Below are positions 61,381 to 64,000 of a stretch of DNA of 64,000 nt, piece by piece; the stretch's first letter is position 1, and each line of letters begins with the position of its first letter. Position numbers and translations under genes: made by a program. The stretch comes from Candidatus Omnitrophota bacterium (GTDB taxonomy: Bacteria; Omnitrophota; Gorgyraeia; Duberdicusellales; 4484-171): NCBI GenBank assembly GCA_037146775.1, contig JBAWWL010000002.1, positions 134,554 to 198,553 on the forward strand, given 5' to 3'. The notes below the pieces were generated by a model. The model was not told the DNA's origin and did no database searches. It saw nothing but the letters and a program-made list of their open reading frames with translations.

Positions 61381-61968
61381 ATGATGGATAATCCCTGGAC
61401 GAAAGTAGAACAGAGGGTGAAGGATTTAAGAGAAATAGGTGTCGTGATTGATACCTGGGATGATGTTTTCTCTGATTTTGACCCCCGTCCGTTGAGCGAA
61501 CGCACCGTGTCGGAAGATTTCCTGGATGAACTAAAGAAGCGGTACAAAGAAACGCGTGCGGGAGATTTTATTATCACTATTTATGCCCCTATTTCGTTAA
61601 AAGACGAAGAGTCGGAGAAGATGGTTACTCACCGGCTCAAGAAACATTTTCATCAGAAGTTTTTGCAAAAGAAAAAGGTTGTTAATTTTATCCGTATCCG
61701 GGGGCTGGTATTTGTTCTCGTCGGTATTTGTTCCTTAACTTTTTTGACTCTAGCGACATATTTCAAATTTTTAAGCGACTTAGCAATCCAAATTGCAGGT
61801 ATTTTCCTTATGCCGCTGGGATGGTTTGGATTCTGGGAAGGACTTTCGAAACTTGTGGACACCTCTCCAGTGGTTGTACGCGACGAGAAATTGTTCGGGA
61901 AGTTATCCAAGGCGGTATACCATTTCAAATATATAGGAGAAGACGAGGACCAAGAGAAAAAACAGTGA
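61381..61968 (+). CDS. hypothetical protein with C-terminal TM helices
   Basis: ORF with upstream AAAGGGGGCACG RBS-like sequence. No known domain. Confidence 0.45.
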   Translation: MMDNPWTKVEQRVKDLREIGVVIDTWDDVFSDFDPRPLSERTVSEDFLDELKKRYKETRAGDFIITIYAPISLKDEESEKMVTHRLKKHFHQKFLQKKKVVNFIRIRGLVFVLVGICSLTFLTLATYFKFLSDLAIQIAGIFLMPLGWFGFWEGLSKLVDTSPVVVRDEKLFGKLSKAVYHFKYIGEDEDQEKKQ

Positions 61969-62038
61969 AACGTCGGATAGATCGCCTTAACCTTGCCCCA
62001 TCGTTACAAGAACCACGCCTGATATTTTTTAGATTTTC

Positions 62039-62749
62039 ATGAATAATACATATGCCGCCCTTAACTATAGCCTTTGTAGCGTATTAGCCTACACTGCAGG
62101 GGGGATCATTTTCTATTTCGAAGCGAAAAGGAAAAAAATGATTTCAGAAAAGTTTCTTTATATTATATTGGCGGCTTTGCTGGGTGGGCTCATCGGTAGC
62201 CGTCTTGGTTCCGCTTTGTTTGTATATCGTGAATTTTATTTTAAAAACCCTTTAATGATTTTTTCTCCTGTTGCAGGCGGAAAGACGGTAGTGGGTGGTT
62301 TAATCGGAGGATATTTTGGAGTAATAACAGCAAAAAGAATTTTTAACATTAATCGTTCTACTGGAGATGTATTTGCTCCCGGGCTTGCCTTAGGCATTGC
62401 TATCGGTAGAATCGGTTGCTTTCTGAATGGCTGTTGTTACGGTACAGTTTCTAACTTGCCATGGTCTATCCGAATAAACGGCCAACTGGTTCATCCTACT
62501 CAAATATACGAATCTTTATTTTGTTTTTTACTTTTTATTTTTTTGTGGGTAATCAGAAGCCGAGTGAGGAAAGAAGGAGATTTATTCAAGATTTTTTTAC
62601 TCATCTATTCATTTTTCAGGTTTTGGATTGAGTTTCTAAGAGGTGATAAAGTTATTTTTATTTTTAGCTTGAGCATAGCCCAGGTTTTATCGGCATCGGT
62701 TTTTTTGCTTCTATCGTTCTATTTTCTAAGACCTAAGAGAGTGGCTTAG
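62039..62749 (+). CDS. lgt: prolipoprotein diacylglyceryl transferase
   Basis: Lgt signature HPTQIYESL (compare HPSQLYE). G-rich KTVVGGLIGGYFG. GRIGCFLNGCCYG. Confidence 0.7.
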   Translation: MNNTYAALNYSLCSVLAYTAGGIIFYFEAKRKKMISEKFLYIILAALLGGLIGSRLGSALFVYREFYFKNPLMIFSPVAGGKTVVGGLIGGYFGVITAKRIFNINRSTGDVFAPGLALGIAIGRIGCFLNGCCYGTVSNLPWSIRINGQLVHPTQIYESLFCFLLFIFLWVIRSRVRKEGDLFKIFLLIYSFFRFWIEFLRGDKVIFIFSLSIAQVLSASVFLLLSFYFLRPKRVA

Positions 62750-62764
62750 GATAAGAGGAGGTGT

Positions 62765-63109
62765 GTGATGAGAAAGAAAATTTATGCGAGTAGACGAGAG
62801 AAAATAATTGATTTTTTCTTAGGATGCGCACTTTCGTTTGCTCTTTCTGCCTTGTCCGCCGCGCCCATGGTTCTTGGAATCTTTATGAAGTCCTCCTTGA
62901 GTATGGCGAATTCTTCAGTCGTGAGCATCGTAATTTCTTCGGTCACTTTTCTAGCCACCATGGCCGTTGTAATTTATTTATGCCTGAGACGTCTTTATAT
63001 GGGGATCGGGTTACTGTTTGGATTAGTAGGCATCCCTTTGATACTCTTAGGCACATGTTTTCTGATTTTTAGCGGTGCTTCGATCTTCGGTCCGCTGTTT
63101 AAAAGATAG
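62765..63109 (+). CDS. small membrane protein
   Basis: 3 TM helices. Confidence 0.4.
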   Translation: MMRKKIYASRREKIIDFFLGCALSFALSALSAAPMVLGIFMKSSLSMANSSVVSIVISSVTFLATMAVVIYLCLRRLYMGIGLLFGLVGIPLILLGTCFLIFSGASIFGPLFKR

Positions 63110-63672
63110 TGTTTATGCGTCAAGAAATAGCCATTTTGATATTTAAGTTAATTTGGGGCGGACTTCTTATTATTGCGGTCTTAGCGCAAGCGCGGTTTAA
63201 GGGAAAATTGCTCCATAAGGGAGGAGCCATCACCAACATGCTTGTTGTTGCTCCTTACGCAGTTGTGTTTGGCTGGTTTTCTGTGCGAAACTATGTCGGT
63301 ACTTTTGGGGCAAATATTATTATTCAGGTATGCGGCATGATGATAGCGCTGTGTGGTGTGGCCGGCTATATTGTTTCTATTCTTTATTTACGGCACAACT
63401 GGGCGGTTTCTGCAGCGATAAAAGAAGGCCATGTTTTGGTGAGAAACGGGCCATATGCTTTTGTGCGCCACCCCATGTATTTTTTCATGATTTTAACCGC
63501 ACTTGGATCCGGGCTGCTTATTTCTAATTTCTTAATAATTCTCTATACTCCGGTAATCGCCCTTCTTTATTATCTGAGATCTAAAAAAGAAGAGGAGATG
63601 CTTATAAAAGCTTTGCCTGAGTATGTACAGTACAGTAAAGAAACAAAGATGCTGATTCCGGGGATTTTTTAA
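63109..63672 (+). CDS. isoprenylcysteine carboxyl methyltransferase (ICMT/PEMT) family protein
   Basis: VLVRNGPYAFVRHPMYFFMIL motif (G.Y...RHP.Y). Polytopic. Confidence 0.7.
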   Translation: MFMRQEIAILIFKLIWGGLLIIAVLAQARFKGKLLHKGGAITNMLVVAPYAVVFGWFSVRNYVGTFGANIIIQVCGMMIALCGVAGYIVSILYLRHNWAVSAAIKEGHVLVRNGPYAFVRHPMYFFMILTALGSGLLISNFLIILYTPVIALLYYLRSKKEEEMLIKALPEYVQYSKETKMLIPGIF

Positions 63673-63687
63673 AAGGAGGGCGAGAAG

Positions 63688-63972
63688 ATGAGTTGGAAAA
63701 AAAGTACTGTGTTGTTGCTTTTGGCTATAATTTTTTTGAATGGGTTAATGTTTTGGGCAGAAGACGGTGGGTGGGTTTGGCTAATTTGTTCTATTTTGAT
63801 TGTGGGGATATTGAGTGAAGGAAAAATATCAAAAAGAATAAGAGAACATGCCGGCGTAAGAAAGATAATAGCTGCTGTTCTTATGGTTTTGGTATTAATA
63901 CCCTTGGTATTTTTTGGTACTTGTTTGCTGGGGCTTGGTGGGTGGTCTCTGAGATCTTTATTTAGGTTGTAA
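63688..63972 (+). CDS. small membrane protein
   Basis: Two or three hydrophobic helices. Confidence 0.4.
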   Translation: MSWKKSTVLLLLAIIFLNGLMFWAEDGGWVWLICSILIVGILSEGKISKRIREHAGVRKIIAAVLMVLVLIPLVFFGTCLLGLGGWSLRSLFRL

Positions 63973-64000
63973 TCCTGATGGTTTGATTTGTAGACATGGA

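Overview
The window is about 64 kb of low-GC (roughly 40%) bacterial chromosome. Almost every credible gene lies on the + strand, and the minus-strand ORFs in the track look like shadow ORFs. Several genes have 4-bp ATGA stop/start overlaps (positions 16039, 17577, 25469, 55866, 56150), which points to operons. The organism is probably diderm: several proteins end in a terminal aromatic residue typical of outer-membrane beta-barrels, there is a type Va autotransporter, and Lgt is present. No rRNA, tRNA or CRISPR array was recognised.

Gene content in order:
1. A periplasmic beta-carbonic anhydrase and an envelope/secreted block that includes a five-domain CARDB-like protein carrying a near-perfect 717-bp tandem duplication.
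2. A CDF metal exporter, a GNAT acetyltransferase and a PAS sensor histidine kinase.
3. A compact exopolysaccharide synthase/export operon: two tiny ferritin-like ORFs, a processive GT2 synthase (QxxRW motif), and a PgaA/BcsC-like TPR plus beta-barrel porin.
4. An autotransporter adhesin.
5. A glycan-biosynthesis cluster holding two GT4 enzymes, an unmistakable GT43 (GlcAT-I-like) homologue, a GT47 exostosin-like protein, an AsnB-type amidotransferase, and FkbM and SAM methyltransferases.
6. A nitrogen-assimilation supercluster: amtB, glnK, a porin-like OMP, glnA, a GATase1, a standalone Fis-type HTH, gltB, gltD, an unusual KaiC-like/PPDK_N fusion protein, pyrG, carA, carB.
7. An arsenic island: a DUF134 regulator candidate, a GIY-YIG protein, an ArsP-like permease, arsM, two thioredoxin-fold proteins, a CcdA-like protein, acr3, and an LMW-type arsC interrupted by an in-frame TAA.
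8. lgt and an ICMT-family methyltransferase.

Non-coding structure worth noting:
- A recurring sigma70-like promoter architecture with a conserved upstream box and a conserved leader hairpin.
- Two copies of a roughly 145-bp intergenic element, one of which carries a 90-bp insertion flanked by 8-bp direct repeats.
- A staircase of nested direct repeats at the 3' end of a small HTH ORF.
- Two roughly 140-bp palindromic elements built from CTAAAC/CTCAAAAC oligomers, both inside the nitrogen locus.
- Operator-like palindromes upstream of glnK, gltB and the DUF134 gene.
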